Positions 30,431 to 39,710 of a DNA stretch of 64,000 bases are shown one piece after another. Location: IMG/VR virus record IMGVR_UViG_3300007542_000024; one strand, written 5' to 3'. This stretch comes from an uncultured virus (IMG/VR IMGVR_UViG_3300007542_000024). Lineage: Duplodnaviria; Heunggongvirae; Uroviricota; Caudoviricetes. Each line of letters starts with the position of its first letter. Within the stretch, counting starts at the first letter, position 1. Below the pieces are notes generated by a model, which did no database searches, had not been told where the DNA came from, and saw only the letters and a program-made list of their open reading frames with translations. The translations under genes were made by a program, and so were the position numbers.

Positions 30431-32449
30431 ATGTCTCACCAGCCCCTCTTCCACTCCGCTGAGATCAAGCTCGAGAAGCGCGCCAGCGGCTTCGGCCTCA
30501 AGCTGGAGGGCGATGCCGACGAGTGGCCCACGGAGATCACCAAGGGGGCCTACTCCCAGCTCCCGTACCTGCACCAGACCCAGATCGATGTCGCTCTCGA
30601 GCGCGTCGACGAGGCCCGGGGCTACGCTATCGGCAAGCTCATGGCCTACCCTCCGGGCATGACCAAGAAGGCGGCGGCCAGCAACAAGCAGCTGCTCATC
30701 TTCCCCCTGGTCGTCCGGGAGCGGGAAGTGGCTCCCCTGGACGTGATGTTCCACAAGGGGGACGCGCACTCGGTCAACGAGGAGAAGGTGGCCAGTGCTC
30801 TGCAGAACCCCGACGTGTTCGCCGGCACGGCCAAGCCCGACAGGTTCAAGGGCACCGACATCGGCAGCCAGATGCAGCCCCCGACGAATCAGGGGTCGCC
30901 CGATGCCAGCTCGGTCATCAAGACGGGCTCCGTGCTGCTGGAGAAGGTGGCTTCGACGCTCCGTGCAGCCGACGTGGAGCGGTTCAGGGCCCAGCTCCGC
31001 GAGGACACCCCGGTGCGCGCGGCGCTCCTGCAGGATGGGGAGATGCGGCAGTCCCTCCTGTCCCTCACCACGGCCAAGGAGAAGACCGCGGCCGAGGTCG
31101 GGCAGCTGCGGCGCGCGCTGACCCGCCCCACGGTGGTCCAGCTCCGGGAGCACGGGATGGGCTACAAGGTCAAGACGGCCAACCACGCCTGCTTCGCTCC
31201 CGTGGAGAACGAGATCACGCGCTTCGAGGCCGAGTCGATGCTCTCGGGCGAGAGCATGAAGGTGCTGCGCGAGCGCGGCTTCGTCACCTTCGCCACCGAC
31301 GCGGTGGATACGGCGTCCAAGGTCAAGGTGGCCCAGGTCGCTGATCGCGTGGGGGTCTACACGACCTACGCTGGGGGGAAGGAAGTGCAGGGTGTGGTGG
31401 TCCCCGCGGTGATGTCCATCGAGGGAGTCCCGATGAGCGGGCACATGTTCCTGGGCGGGAACGAGCACGCGCTTCAGGAGAAGGTCGCCGGCGTGTTCGA
31501 AGCCGACCTCACGCTTCAGGGGGCGCACCCCCGCGGCCGCGGGGTCTTCGTGTACCAGGTCGGGCGTCAGGCCATCGCCACCGAGCCGGTGGACATCCAG
31601 CACGAGTACGAGCTCCCGGTCGGTGACGGCAAGACCAAGACCGCGTCGCTGCAGGCAGTCCGCCTCGGGTCCGGCCAGCCGGTGCGCATCACGCTGGTCC
31701 CGGGCATCGACAAGATCGCGGCCCTCGGGGGAGCCGAGGTGGCCGTGCCCGACTCCTTCGTCTTCGTGCCGCTGCGGGGCTCCCAGGTGGGCGTGGCGGA
31801 GGATCCACGCGACGTGGACGGGCGTGAGATGCTCAAGGTCGCCGGCGTGGACTCCGTGGAGCTGCTCTCCGACGGCGCCGCCTTCTCCCTGCGCGGGCAG
31901 AACGCGGCGTCCTTCCACGGGCAGTTCCTCTCCGAGTCCGGGGCCGAGTTCGCCCTCGGCGCCTTGGGCGTCCGGGGAAGCAGCGCCCGGCACTTCATCG
32001 AGAAGGCAGCGTCGGCCCAAGCCCCCGTGACGGTGCCCCACACGCGCCCCGTGGTCAAGGAGACCGAGCTGAAGGCGCGCACCATGATGAAGGTCGCCTC
32101 GGCCTTCCGCGAGGTGGACCGCGGGCTGCAGCGGAACCTGGTGCCCGAGCTGGCCGTTCTGCGGCGTCAGCCGTCCGAGCACTCCTCGCTCTCCAAGCAT
32201 GCCTCTGTCATCATCGACCGCGAGACGGCGGACGCCATCCTCTCGCTCAACTTCGTGACCCCCGAGAACGTGCAGGCCTACGTGGACGCCATCCCCCAGC
32301 TGGAGAAGGTCTCCAGCAAGCTGGCCGAGATCCTGGTGGCGTCCAGGCTCGGCATGGACGACGTACGGGAACAGGCGGCGCGCAACGCGCTGAGGAACGT
32401 GGACGAGGTCCTCGACGGACTGCACGAGCTGAGGGCCAAGACCCAGTAG
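30431..32449 (+). CDS. Large K-x-A-rich putative prohead core protein (672 aa)
   Basis: ATG 30431 after AGGAG; at least a dozen K-x-A motifs (EKRAS, EKVAS x2, EKTAA, EKVAG, TKTAS, DKIAA, LKVAG, EKAAS, MKVAS, SKHAS). Confidence 0.75.
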   Translation: MSHQPLFHSAEIKLEKRASGFGLKLEGDADEWPTEITKGAYSQLPYLHQTQIDVALERVDEARGYAIGKLMAYPPGMTKKAAASNKQLLIFPLVVREREVAPLDVMFHKGDAHSVNEEKVASALQNPDVFAGTAKPDRFKGTDIGSQMQPPTNQGSPDASSVIKTGSVLLEKVASTLRAADVERFRAQLREDTPVRAALLQDGEMRQSLLSLTTAKEKTAAEVGQLRRALTRPTVVQLREHGMGYKVKTANHACFAPVENEITRFEAESMLSGESMKVLRERGFVTFATDAVDTASKVKVAQVADRVGVYTTYAGGKEVQGVVVPAVMSIEGVPMSGHMFLGGNEHALQEKVAGVFEADLTLQGAHPRGRGVFVYQVGRQAIATEPVDIQHEYELPVGDGKTKTASLQAVRLGSGQPVRITLVPGIDKIAALGGAEVAVPDSFVFVPLRGSQVGVAEDPRDVDGREMLKVAGVDSVELLSDGAAFSLRGQNAASFHGQFLSESGAEFALGALGVRGSSARHFIEKAASAQAPVTVPHTRPVVKETELKARTMMKVASAFREVDRGLQRNLVPELAVLRRQPSEHSSLSKHASVIIDRETADAILSLNFVTPENVQAYVDAIPQLEKVSSKLAEILVASRLGMDDVREQAARNALRNVDEVLDGLHELRAKTQ

Positions 32450-32456
32450 GCCGCCC

Positions 32457-33341
32457 TTGAAGTACCCCCACCGCCTCTACTTGGTCTACCTTCTGACCAA
32501 GAAGATGACCGTCTACGACGTGCAGCAGGCCTGCACGGCGCGGGAGCTGGTACCTCCGAACGAGGACGTGCTGCGTGAGATGGCCGAGGGGTTGGGGAGT
32601 GTGCCGAAGGCCTGGCGCGCCTCGCTCAAGGGGGCGCCCGCGTCCTTCCGTCGGTGGCTGCGCCAGCAAGGGGTGCTGGCTCTGTGGAAGGACACGGGGA
32701 CGGTCCAAGAGGCGAAGGACTTCCTGTTCCGGGGGCAGGTGCGCAAGGACTTCGAGGGGCTGATGCTCATGCGGGGTGACGCGGAGGCGGCGCGCACCGA
32801 GCTGCTGGTGAAGTACCCCGAGAGCTACGTACCGGACCTCCCTGTGCTCGAGCTCTTCTGCGAGTACTTCTGGAACCTCGGGGCGCTGACTGCCCGGGAG
32901 CTGTTCGAGTACCTGCAGGTGGCCCAGAACCGGGACGAGCTGGTGGCGGCAGCCAAGGGCGACTTGGCTACCACCTACGGCAAGCTCGGGCTGCGAGAGC
33001 GCGTCTCCAAGGAGAACTTCCTCGACAACGTCATCGCGTTGGCCAATCAGCAGGTGGTCGAAGCGCGCAAGGTGGGCGGCGCCTTGTCCGGGGCGACTCT
33101 CATGGGCTTGGCAGCGATCAGCCGCCAGGGTATCGACGCCATGCGTGAGCGCGACGAGATGGACCAGCTGTCGGAGGGCAACGACGAGGACCTCCGCGAG
33201 AAGGCGTTGGCCTTCAAGCTGGGGAAGATCGAAGCGCCTGCGCGTTTCCCCACTATCGATGAACTCAGCAGTGACCCCCTACAGGGAGCCGAAGATGTGC
33301 CCAACGAGCGCGGACACCTACGCCTCATCGAGGGTTCGTAG
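32457..33341 (+). CDS. Hypothetical helical protein (possible terminase small subunit)
   Basis: 294-aa ORF; function guessed only from proximity to the large terminase. Confidence 0.6.
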   Translation: MKYPHRLYLVYLLTKKMTVYDVQQACTARELVPPNEDVLREMAEGLGSVPKAWRASLKGAPASFRRWLRQQGVLALWKDTGTVQEAKDFLFRGQVRKDFEGLMLMRGDAEAARTELLVKYPESYVPDLPVLELFCEYFWNLGALTARELFEYLQVAQNRDELVAAAKGDLATTYGKLGLRERVSKENFLDNVIALANQQVVEARKVGGALSGATLMGLAAISRQGIDAMRERDEMDQLSEGNDEDLREKALAFKLGKIEAPARFPTIDELSSDPLQGAEDVPNERGHLRLIEGS

Positions 33342-33810
33342 CCCTCTCGCCCTCACCTTCACCCACCGCGACTACGAGACGTTTCACGTCGAGTACGTCG
33401 TGCAGGGGAAGGACTTCATCTACCACTTCTGGCCGGCAGAGGGGCGCGATGCGTTCTGCCCCAACTTCCACCGGATCCTCGAGGACGGGTTCAAGGAGGT
33501 CCTACCCGAGTCCGCGCAGGTCGCTGCGGAGTTCTTCGACAAGGTGGACTGCGCCCGCAACGAGCTGATGCGATCGGACAAGGCCATCTTCGTCCCGATG
33601 CCCAGCTTCTACGTCCGCGTGATAGGATGGGCCGGTAAGCCCATGGCAGACCAGTTCCTCACCACGACGGTCTTCGAGTTCGTCAACAACAAGGCCCGGG
33701 AGCTCACCGATGATCATCAGCCGGAAGTTCGACAGCTACAAGGCGCTGACCCAGGCCCTCAACGGGCAGCTGATCGCCGAAGGCACCGGCGGCGTCCTCG
33801 CCGCCGCTGA
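33295..33810 (+). CDS. Hypothetical protein
   Basis: ATG 33295 after GGGAG; 3' end overlaps the next gene by about 100 nt; start uncertain. Confidence 0.5.
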   Translation: MCPTSADTYASSRVRSPLALTFTHRDYETFHVEYVVQGKDFIYHFWPAEGRDAFCPNFHRILEDGFKEVLPESAQVAAEFFDKVDCARNELMRSDKAIFVPMPSFYVRVIGWAGKPMADQFLTTTVFEFVNNKARELTDDHQPEVRQLQGADPGPQRAADRRRHRRRPRRR

Positions 33811-34108
33811 CGAGACCTTCACCGACGCCGAGGCCACCTTCGAGGCAGACCTCGTGGCGGCGGGAGATGTGCTGTACATCGGGGGGTCCGACGGCGAGGC
33901 GGGGGTAGGCACCTTCGCGGTTGACTCGGTCACCGATGAGACCAACCTGGAGATGACCGAGGTGGGCGGCGTCGACCGTACCGGCCTGTCTTGGCGCATC
34001 TGCCGGAACCCCATCGCCATGGACGACGTGCACTTCCTGGGGCAGTGTGCCCAGTCGCTCAAGTGGGTGCTCATCTACGAGACCGACACCTTCTACGTCA
34101 GCGGGTAG
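33710..34108 (+). CDS. Small beta-rich virion protein resembling the sheath insertion domains
   Basis: TFTDAEATFEADLVAAGDVLYI resembles sheath VFEDGAALFESEGVEAGDVVRL. Confidence 0.7.
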   Translation: MIISRKFDSYKALTQALNGQLIAEGTGGVLAAADETFTDAEATFEADLVAAGDVLYIGGSDGEAGVGTFAVDSVTDETNLEMTEVGGVDRTGLSWRICRNPIAMDDVHFLGQCAQSLKWVLIYETDTFYVSG

Positions 34109-34402
34109 TCAGCGCTTCCGCTTCGGGCTGTGCATAGGCCTTGGCGTCTCGTCCTCGTCGTCTTCCTCGTCCTCGCTCTTCTCGGGCTTCGCCCACCAGG
34201 TGATCTCGATCTGGGCAACGACGGGGTACTCCTCCCCCGCGTGGTAGAAGGACACGCCGACTCCGAGCTCGACGAATCGGGCTTCCACCCCCACCCGACC
34301 GGGGGCGTTCCGCTTCACCCAGTCCTTGGCGAAGCGTCGCATGGCGACGTCCTTCATGTCCCCCGAGTTCTGCCGAGCTACGGGGATCAGTACCTTGGTC
34401 AC
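34109..34402 (-). CDS. Small hypothetical protein with acidic C-terminal patch
   Basis: Fills the gap before the terminase; start uncertain (GTG 34402 chosen to avoid overlap). Confidence 0.5.
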   Translation of the reverse strand: MTKVLIPVARQNSGDMKDVAMRRFAKDWVKRNAPGRVGVEARFVELGVGVSFYHAGEEYPVVAQIEITWWAKPEKSEDEEDDEDETPRPMHSPKRKR

Positions 34403-34501
34403 GTCATCTTCGGTGGTCTGCTCGCAGTGAGGTAGGATGCGTCCACCGGAGACAGAGGCCAGGCTACGGAGTAGACTATCGAGCTGCACGAGGTTCCCTG
34501 C

Positions 34502-36199
34502 ATGAGTACAGCGGCCGCCGAGAAGTACGACGCCCTGGAGTTCTCGCCCTACGAGTTCACGGAGTTCGCGATTCGGCTGAAGGGCGAGCCCATCGACTTG
34601 TCGCGTCGTCCGTGGCTCCAGGGCATCTACACCATACCCATCAGGCACTTTCCCGGCGAAGAAATCATGCGCCGGAAGCTGATGCTCATGTTCGGGCGCC
34701 AGTCCGAGAAGTCAACGACTCTCGGGAACGCTCTGATTTCCTACTCCAACCTCATCCCCTACCTGCGCTCGCTCTACGTCACGGCATCCAACGTGCAGAT
34801 GCGTGAGTTCTCTGACGAGCGCCTCCGCGCCGTAGTGCAGGACAGCCCGGTGTTGATGCGCCTGGCGGGGATGACCGGCCCTGGCGTCCGCCACACGCAG
34901 AACGTCCTGACGAAGCGCTGGAGGAACTTCTCCAAGATCACGCTGCGCTCGGTGTACAAGAACGCCGACCGTGCTCGCGGTATCCCGGCCGACCTGCTGT
35001 GCATCGACGAGATTCAGGACATCCACATCGACGACCTCCCGGTCATCGAGGAGACGCTCTTCCACTGCGAACTGGACGACGGGCCGATCTCGGTCTACTC
35101 CGGCACGCCCAAGACGTTCGACAACCCCATCGAGGAGTACTGGGGGAGGTTCTCGACCCAGAACGAGTGGCTTCCTCGCTGCAGCTGTGGCGAGTGGGTC
35201 CTCCCGGACATGCGCAACATCGGAGAGCGGGGCCTCATCTGCCACCACTGCAGCCGTGAGCTCAATCCGGTGGACGGCGTGGCGCAGTGGGTCACCTACG
35301 GCAGGCAGAGTGCCGAGTGGGAAGGGTTCCACCTCTGTCAGCCCATCGTCGTCTACGCGTACAAGAACAAGCCCCGGGTGTTCAACCGGCTCTGGCAGGA
35401 GATCCTCCAGAAGAAGAAGCGCTACCCCCGTCCCCGTTTCATGAACGAGGTCATGGGGCGCAGCTACGATGCAGGCACCAAGCCGGTCACGCTCGATGAG
35501 GTTCGGCGTTGCTGCCTCAGCGAGTACGACTGCGTCTACGAGCCTGACCGGCGTATCCAGTCTACGAAGACCTGGGCTGGCGTGGACTGGGGGACCGGCG
35601 ACGCGTCCTACACGGTGCTCTCCATCTTCCGCTACGACTCCAAGGGAAGGTTCAGCCTGGTCTTCGCCAAGCGGTACGAAGGCGAAGAGAGCGACGGCGA
35701 CTACGCCGTGCGGGACATCGCCAACTGGTGCCGGCGCTTCAAGGTCAACCGGGTGGGGGCCGACTGGGGATTCGGCTTCGGCAGCAACGCCGAGCTGCGG
35801 CGCATTCTAGGCGCGGGGCAGGTGGTGCTGTTCAACCACGTGGGGAAGCAGAAGGAGAAGATCAAGGTCGACAAGCTCGGCGGGAAGTTCACTACGCACA
35901 GGTCCCGCGTACTCCAGGACGTCTTCACCCTCATCAAGAAGGGACCGCGTTCGGGGGGCATGGCCTTCTTCAACTGGGACGAGGCCGAGACCTTCATGAA
36001 CGACATCCTGTGCGTGTCGATGGAGCTGTCGGAGACCAAGGGCGAGATCGTCTACAACCACCCGCGTGGGGTCCCCGACGACTTCCTCCACACGGTCTGC
36101 TACGCTCTTCTGGTGAGCCAGTTCGATGTCCGCCGGCCCGACCTGCACGCCCCGGACCCGGCTACGGACTTCACTCGATCACGGCGGCGGAAGCGCTGA
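34502..36199 (+). CDS. terL: Terminase large subunit
   Basis: ATPase GRQSEKST, RARGIPADLLCIDEIQD, YSGTPK; Zn ribbon CSCG...CHHC; RNase H-like nuclease AGVDWG...ADWG...PDDFLH. Confidence 0.9.
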   Translation: MSTAAAEKYDALEFSPYEFTEFAIRLKGEPIDLSRRPWLQGIYTIPIRHFPGEEIMRRKLMLMFGRQSEKSTTLGNALISYSNLIPYLRSLYVTASNVQMREFSDERLRAVVQDSPVLMRLAGMTGPGVRHTQNVLTKRWRNFSKITLRSVYKNADRARGIPADLLCIDEIQDIHIDDLPVIEETLFHCELDDGPISVYSGTPKTFDNPIEEYWGRFSTQNEWLPRCSCGEWVLPDMRNIGERGLICHHCSRELNPVDGVAQWVTYGRQSAEWEGFHLCQPIVVYAYKNKPRVFNRLWQEILQKKKRYPRPRFMNEVMGRSYDAGTKPVTLDEVRRCCLSEYDCVYEPDRRIQSTKTWAGVDWGTGDASYTVLSIFRYDSKGRFSLVFAKRYEGEESDGDYAVRDIANWCRRFKVNRVGADWGFGFGSNAELRRILGAGQVVLFNHVGKQKEKIKVDKLGGKFTTHRSRVLQDVFTLIKKGPRSGGMAFFNWDEAETFMNDILCVSMELSETKGEIVYNHPRGVPDDFLHTVCYALLVSQFDVRRPDLHAPDPATDFTRSRRRKR

Positions 36200-36205
36200 G
36201 AGGGC

Positions 36206-36230
36206 AAAAGAAGAAGGGGGTGTCCCCCTT
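36206..36230 (-). terminator. Intrinsic terminator between convergent genes
   Basis: Stem AAGGGGG/CCCCCTT (36214-36230) followed on the minus strand by CTTCTTTT. Confidence 0.6.
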
Positions 36231-36239
36231 GCTTCCTGT

Positions 36240-36345
36240 GCCCCCCTCGGAGTACGCGCTCCGGTGAGTCCCTACGACCGCCCGTGAGGTGCTGCCTCTT
36301 GGGGATGGGTCTGCGGACTCACCGGAGCCTCCTGTTCCGGGGGCT
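36240..36345 (-). ncRNA. Candidate rod-shaped structured RNA element
   Basis: Perfect 14-bp inverted repeat GCTCCGGTGAGTCC (36258-36271)/GGACTCACCGGAGC (36315-36328) with further inner and outer pairing, in non-coding space just before the terminator. Confidence 0.4.
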
Positions 36346-36369
36346 CTGTAGTGTGACGCTCGCCGAGTG

Positions 36370-36804
36370 CTACAGCGCCTGGAGCTCGGCCTGGGCCTCG
36401 GGGGCCTCCTCGGCCTTGGCGTTGGCCTTGGCCTTGCCGACCTTGGAGCCGACCGCGAAGCCGATGCCGCCGCCGATGACCAGCGCCGTGGCGCCGACCA
36501 GGTAGGTGGCGGGCTCGTTGCGGGGGGTCCAGGAGCGCTTGCCGTTCTTCCAGCGCTTCACGTCGCCCTCGGTGGGGACGATCTCGATGGCCTCGCCGGC
36601 CTTGAGCTCGGCGGGGATGCCCGTGGTGTTCTTCTTGTCGCTCATGTTGGAGTCTCCGTGGGTGGTCCCCTGGTTCTCGAGCAGATGGATGATGCGGTCC
36701 AGCTTCGCGACCGACTGCGGGAGCGCCCGCAGTGCGGCAGGAAGATGCTCCGCCATCAACCGATCCACCTGGGCAGCCGGGGGGACGTTGGTCTTGTCGG
36801 ACAT
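36370..36804 (-). CDS. Small membrane protein
   Basis: GGAGG RBS; hydrophobic YLVGATALVIGGGIGFAVG; second in-frame start at 36645. Confidence 0.7.
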   Translation of the reverse strand: MSDKTNVPPAAQVDRLMAEHLPAALRALPQSVAKLDRIIHLLENQGTTHGDSNMSDKKNTTGIPAELKAGEAIEIVPTEGDVKRWKNGKRSWTPRNEPATYLVGATALVIGGGIGFAVGSKVGKAKANAKAEEAPEAQAELQAL

Positions 36805-36852
36805 GCTGCCTCCGTGCAGCTCGAGCGTGGGTGTTCTTCCTCGCTCACAGAG

Positions 36853-36866
36853 CTTATAGAGGCAAA
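36853..36866 (-). promoter_or_regulatory. C-N4-ATAAG motif
   Basis: TTTGCCTCTATAAG, intergenic, 49 nt upstream of ATG 36804. Confidence 0.55.
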
Positions 36867-36879
36867 GCGTTGATTTTTT

Positions 36880-37590
36880 TCAGTTTTCCCGCGATTCCCC
36901 GTAGGCGCGGACGTAGCGCGCCACGAAGCGGTCGATCTCGGTTGGCGTCAGCTCGAGCTGCGCGTGCAGGCTGGTTGCAAGGGTCGCAGGCACCTCCGTA
37001 GCGACCACGGTGGAGGCGTGGAGCATTCCAAGCATGCGATCCCGGGCGCGGATGAGGCGCTGGTGCAGTGTGTCCAGTCCGTGCTCGGGAAAGGCGTCCT
37101 GGTGCTCGACCCAGGTGACCATGCGCTTCACCAGGTCGAAGAGCGGAGCCCACGCAGTAGGTCCCACCGCGTCGCAGAGCGTCGTGATCTCCTCTTCGGT
37201 CAAGGAGAGCATCTCGTCAGCCACCTCGGCTATGCGCCGGGTAGCCCAGCCTGGCTTGGCCAAGTCGTCGAGGTACAGCGCGCGGAGAGTCAACAGCTCG
37301 GCCTCGTCTCGGTTTCTGGCTGGGGCGCCGACGCCGAGGCCGAGCTTGATGACTTCGACCTCCGACTGGAGCTTGGCGACCATCTGCTCGAGCCGGCGGA
37401 ACTCCACCCGGCTCGGAGCAACCCCCTTGGTCTTGCTGTCGTACAGGTTGTGCACGTCGGCTTTGGGGATCCAGACCTTCCCTGCGTGCGGTACACGTCG
37501 CAGAAGGCCCTCGCTCAAGTAGTTGGTCACCTGCCTGGGTGTTACTCCCAGGACAGACGCCGCTCCGTTCTTGTCGTAGAATCCTTCCAT
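36880..37590 (-). CDS. MerR/excisionase-like HTH DNA-binding protein (236 aa)
   Basis: YDKNGAASVLGVTPRQVTNYLSEGLL...GKVWIPKADV followed by a coiled coil. Confidence 0.75.
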   Translation of the reverse strand: MEGFYDKNGAASVLGVTPRQVTNYLSEGLLRRVPHAGKVWIPKADVHNLYDSKTKGVAPSRVEFRRLEQMVAKLQSEVEVIKLGLGVGAPARNRDEAELLTLRALYLDDLAKPGWATRRIAEVADEMLSLTEEEITTLCDAVGPTAWAPLFDLVKRMVTWVEHQDAFPEHGLDTLHQRLIRARDRMLGMLHASTVVATEVPATLATSLHAQLELTPTEIDRFVARYVRAYGESREN

Positions 37591-37633
37591 GGACCGACGA
37601 TAACACGAAGCTCGGGTCACTCACAGAGCCCCG

Positions 37634-37663
37634 TTGACGTAAAATCCAGTCGGCCACTACACT
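37634..37663 (+). promoter_or_regulatory. sigma70-like promoter TTGACG-N18-TACACT for the head operon
   Basis: Intergenic, ending 10 nt before ATG 37673. Confidence 0.6.
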
Positions 37664-37672
37664 GGAGACACC

Positions 37673-38557
37673 ATGCAGGACTTCCTCACCAAGCTCGCCG
37701 AGGGCACCACCGGCGGGACTACCTCCGAGCATCTCTCCCTGTTGGGCAAGCGAGCGGCCAGTCGCTTCATGACCAAGGAGGCGGACTCGCTGAGTGCGGC
37801 TGTGCGGAGCGTGGTCGGCGAGGAATCGCTGAACCGTGACCAGGTGGAGCGCGTCACCCAGGCCGCAAACCAGGCTGCCTGGCGCGGACTGTTCCACGAG
37901 GGTGAGCAGGACCCCAACATCGAATTCTCCCCGGCCAAGATCGACGAGGTGATCCAGCAGCCCGAGGCTTCGCCGGCTCCCCTTCAGCAGAGCATGGACT
38001 TCCTGGAGCCCCCGGTGGGGGAGCAGCTGCCGTCGGATGTCTCTCTGGAGGAGGCCTTCGGGGTGGACAAGACGGCCTCCCAGGACGAGTACCCCGAGCT
38101 CAACCCCGCGGCCGGGGCGGCGGCGCTGCACACCAAGACGGCTGCGGCGGAAGGCTTCCTGCGCTCTGACGCGGACCGGCTGGAGATCGAGGTGGGGCGC
38201 CTCGAGGACACCTTCTACGAGCTGGTCAAGCAGGCGCACCTGCAGCACGGGCACGGCATCCTCCAGATCGCCGGCGCCGTCGGTGAGATCTGCGAGGAGC
38301 CCCCCTTCGCTCGGGCGGCCATGGAGAAGGTGGCCCAGCGTCTTCAGCGCAACGGGGTGATCATCAACCGCGCCAGCGAGATGCAGAAGCTCGCGATGGC
38401 GGTCACGGTCGATACCGAGCACCCCATCCTGACCACCTACGCCTCTCTCGAGAAGACCGCGCATGCGGCTCGGGTGGCGCGCAGCGCGGCCCAGCAGGCC
38501 GCCGACGCCCGCAAGCTCTCCGGAGACTACCTGCGGGACAAGCTCAGGACGGCCTGA
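37673..38557 (+). CDS. K-x-A-rich putative head assembly protein
   Basis: 294 aa; TKLAE, DKTAS, TKTAA, VKQAH, EKVAQ, QKLAM, EKTAH. Confidence 0.75.
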   Translation: MQDFLTKLAEGTTGGTTSEHLSLLGKRAASRFMTKEADSLSAAVRSVVGEESLNRDQVERVTQAANQAAWRGLFHEGEQDPNIEFSPAKIDEVIQQPEASPAPLQQSMDFLEPPVGEQLPSDVSLEEAFGVDKTASQDEYPELNPAAGAAALHTKTAAAEGFLRSDADRLEIEVGRLEDTFYELVKQAHLQHGHGILQIAGAVGEICEEPPFARAAMEKVAQRLQRNGVIINRASEMQKLAMAVTVDTEHPILTTYASLEKTAHAARVARSAAQQAADARKLSGDYLRDKLRTA

Positions 38558-39102
38558 TGAACGTGGTGCTCGCCCTGGCGTTCCAGCAGGAGCTGGAGAA
38601 GATCGCAGACGCGACGGCCGACTCGTGGTTCGGGCAGTACCGAAGCCACTGGCGGGGGGCGGCTGAATCGTCGCGGCCCGGAGCCAAGCGCTTCAACAAG
38701 GCGCTGGACATGCTCTGGAGCGGCAAGGAAGTTCAGACGCCCGGCATCGGGGGGAAGCTCGGGAAGCTTCCCTTCATCGGAGGTCCGTCGACGGTCCGTG
38801 TGGGCGGCATCGGCGGGGGCATCCAAGCTGGCGGCGAGGGCGTAGGCCGCGCCTTGCGCACGCCTGCCAGGATGCTCGTGGGTGTTCCGGCCAAGGCCGT
38901 GTGGCAGGGCACGAAGGCGGTCACCAAGGGAGTCGCCCGTACCGCGGGGACGGTCATCCGCAAGCAGCCCCTCGGCGCCGCGATGACGGGCTACTTCGCC
39001 TACGCCGGAGCTGGGCACGGCGCCAGTGCGCTCCGACGAGGGACCGCACAAGCGAGAACGGCTACCAAGCGATACATGGGGCAAGTCAGGAGGCCGACGT
39101 GA
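38557..39102 (+). CDS. Basic Gly-rich protein with AFQQELEKIA leader
   Basis: 181 aa, TGATG-coupled. Confidence 0.75.
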   Translation: MNVVLALAFQQELEKIADATADSWFGQYRSHWRGAAESSRPGAKRFNKALDMLWSGKEVQTPGIGGKLGKLPFIGGPSTVRVGGIGGGIQAGGEGVGRALRTPARMLVGVPAKAVWQGTKAVTKGVARTAGTVIRKQPLGAAMTGYFAYAGAGHGASALRRGTAQARTATKRYMGQVRRPT

Positions 39103-39707
39103 GCCACATCTACGAAAGCGACCTGCAACGAGCCATGGCGGTGAGGTCCATCCTCTCCGCTCGCCCGCTGGAGAAGACCGCGGGGCCCTTCCGCCTCCCC
39201 AAGAGCCTGCTGCTCGGGTCTGGAAGTGGCGTCGGGGCCGCGGCTGGGCAAGCGGCCCAGGAGGGAGCCAAGCAGGGCAAGCGGAAGGCCAAGATGAGCG
39301 TGGGGCGCTGGGCACTCACCGTGCTCGGCCTGGCGGCGCTCGGTACCGGGCTCGGCGCTGGGCAGCAGCTGGCGGGGCACGGCGTGGGTCGGGTGATGGA
39401 CAAGATGCGGAAGAACCGCATGGGGACGGACTACCAGGCCATGCTCAAGGCCGATCCGTCGCTGGACAACACGCCCCACACCCAGGCCTACTTCCGCGTG
39501 CTCCATCGGGCCAGCCCCTACCTGGCAAGCGAGCCGGTCATCGCCGCGGCTACCGTGCGCTCCATGGTCGACTCCGCGGCCATCGACGAGCGGAAGGTGA
39601 AGAGCATCCTCGACACCGAGCGGGCCGCTCAGGAGACGCGCTACCCCTTCCTGCGCAAGGTGACGGACAGCGGCAAGATGATCGCGATGCCGCCGTTCCC
39701 TGGCTGA
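39099..39707 (+). CDS. Glycine-zipper protein with LEKTA motif (202 aa)
   Basis: GTG 39099 after AGGAGG; WALTVLGLAALGTGLGAGQQLAG. Confidence 0.75.
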   Translation: MSHIYESDLQRAMAVRSILSARPLEKTAGPFRLPKSLLLGSGSGVGAAAGQAAQEGAKQGKRKAKMSVGRWALTVLGLAALGTGLGAGQQLAGHGVGRVMDKMRKNRMGTDYQAMLKADPSLDNTPHTQAYFRVLHRASPYLASEPVIAAATVRSMVDSAAIDERKVKSILDTERAAQETRYPFLRKVTDSGKMIAMPPFPG

Positions 39708-39710
39708 GAC

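Noticed and set aside
5289..36199. Inteins or introns in polymerase, helicase, RNAP or terminase
   Set aside because: Motif spacing and lengths are normal or compact; no intein boundary or homing endonuclease motifs seen.
36880..37590. Integration/excision module or prophage boundary
   Set aside because: Only an excisionase/MerR-like HTH is present; no integrase, att site or host flank is visible in the window.
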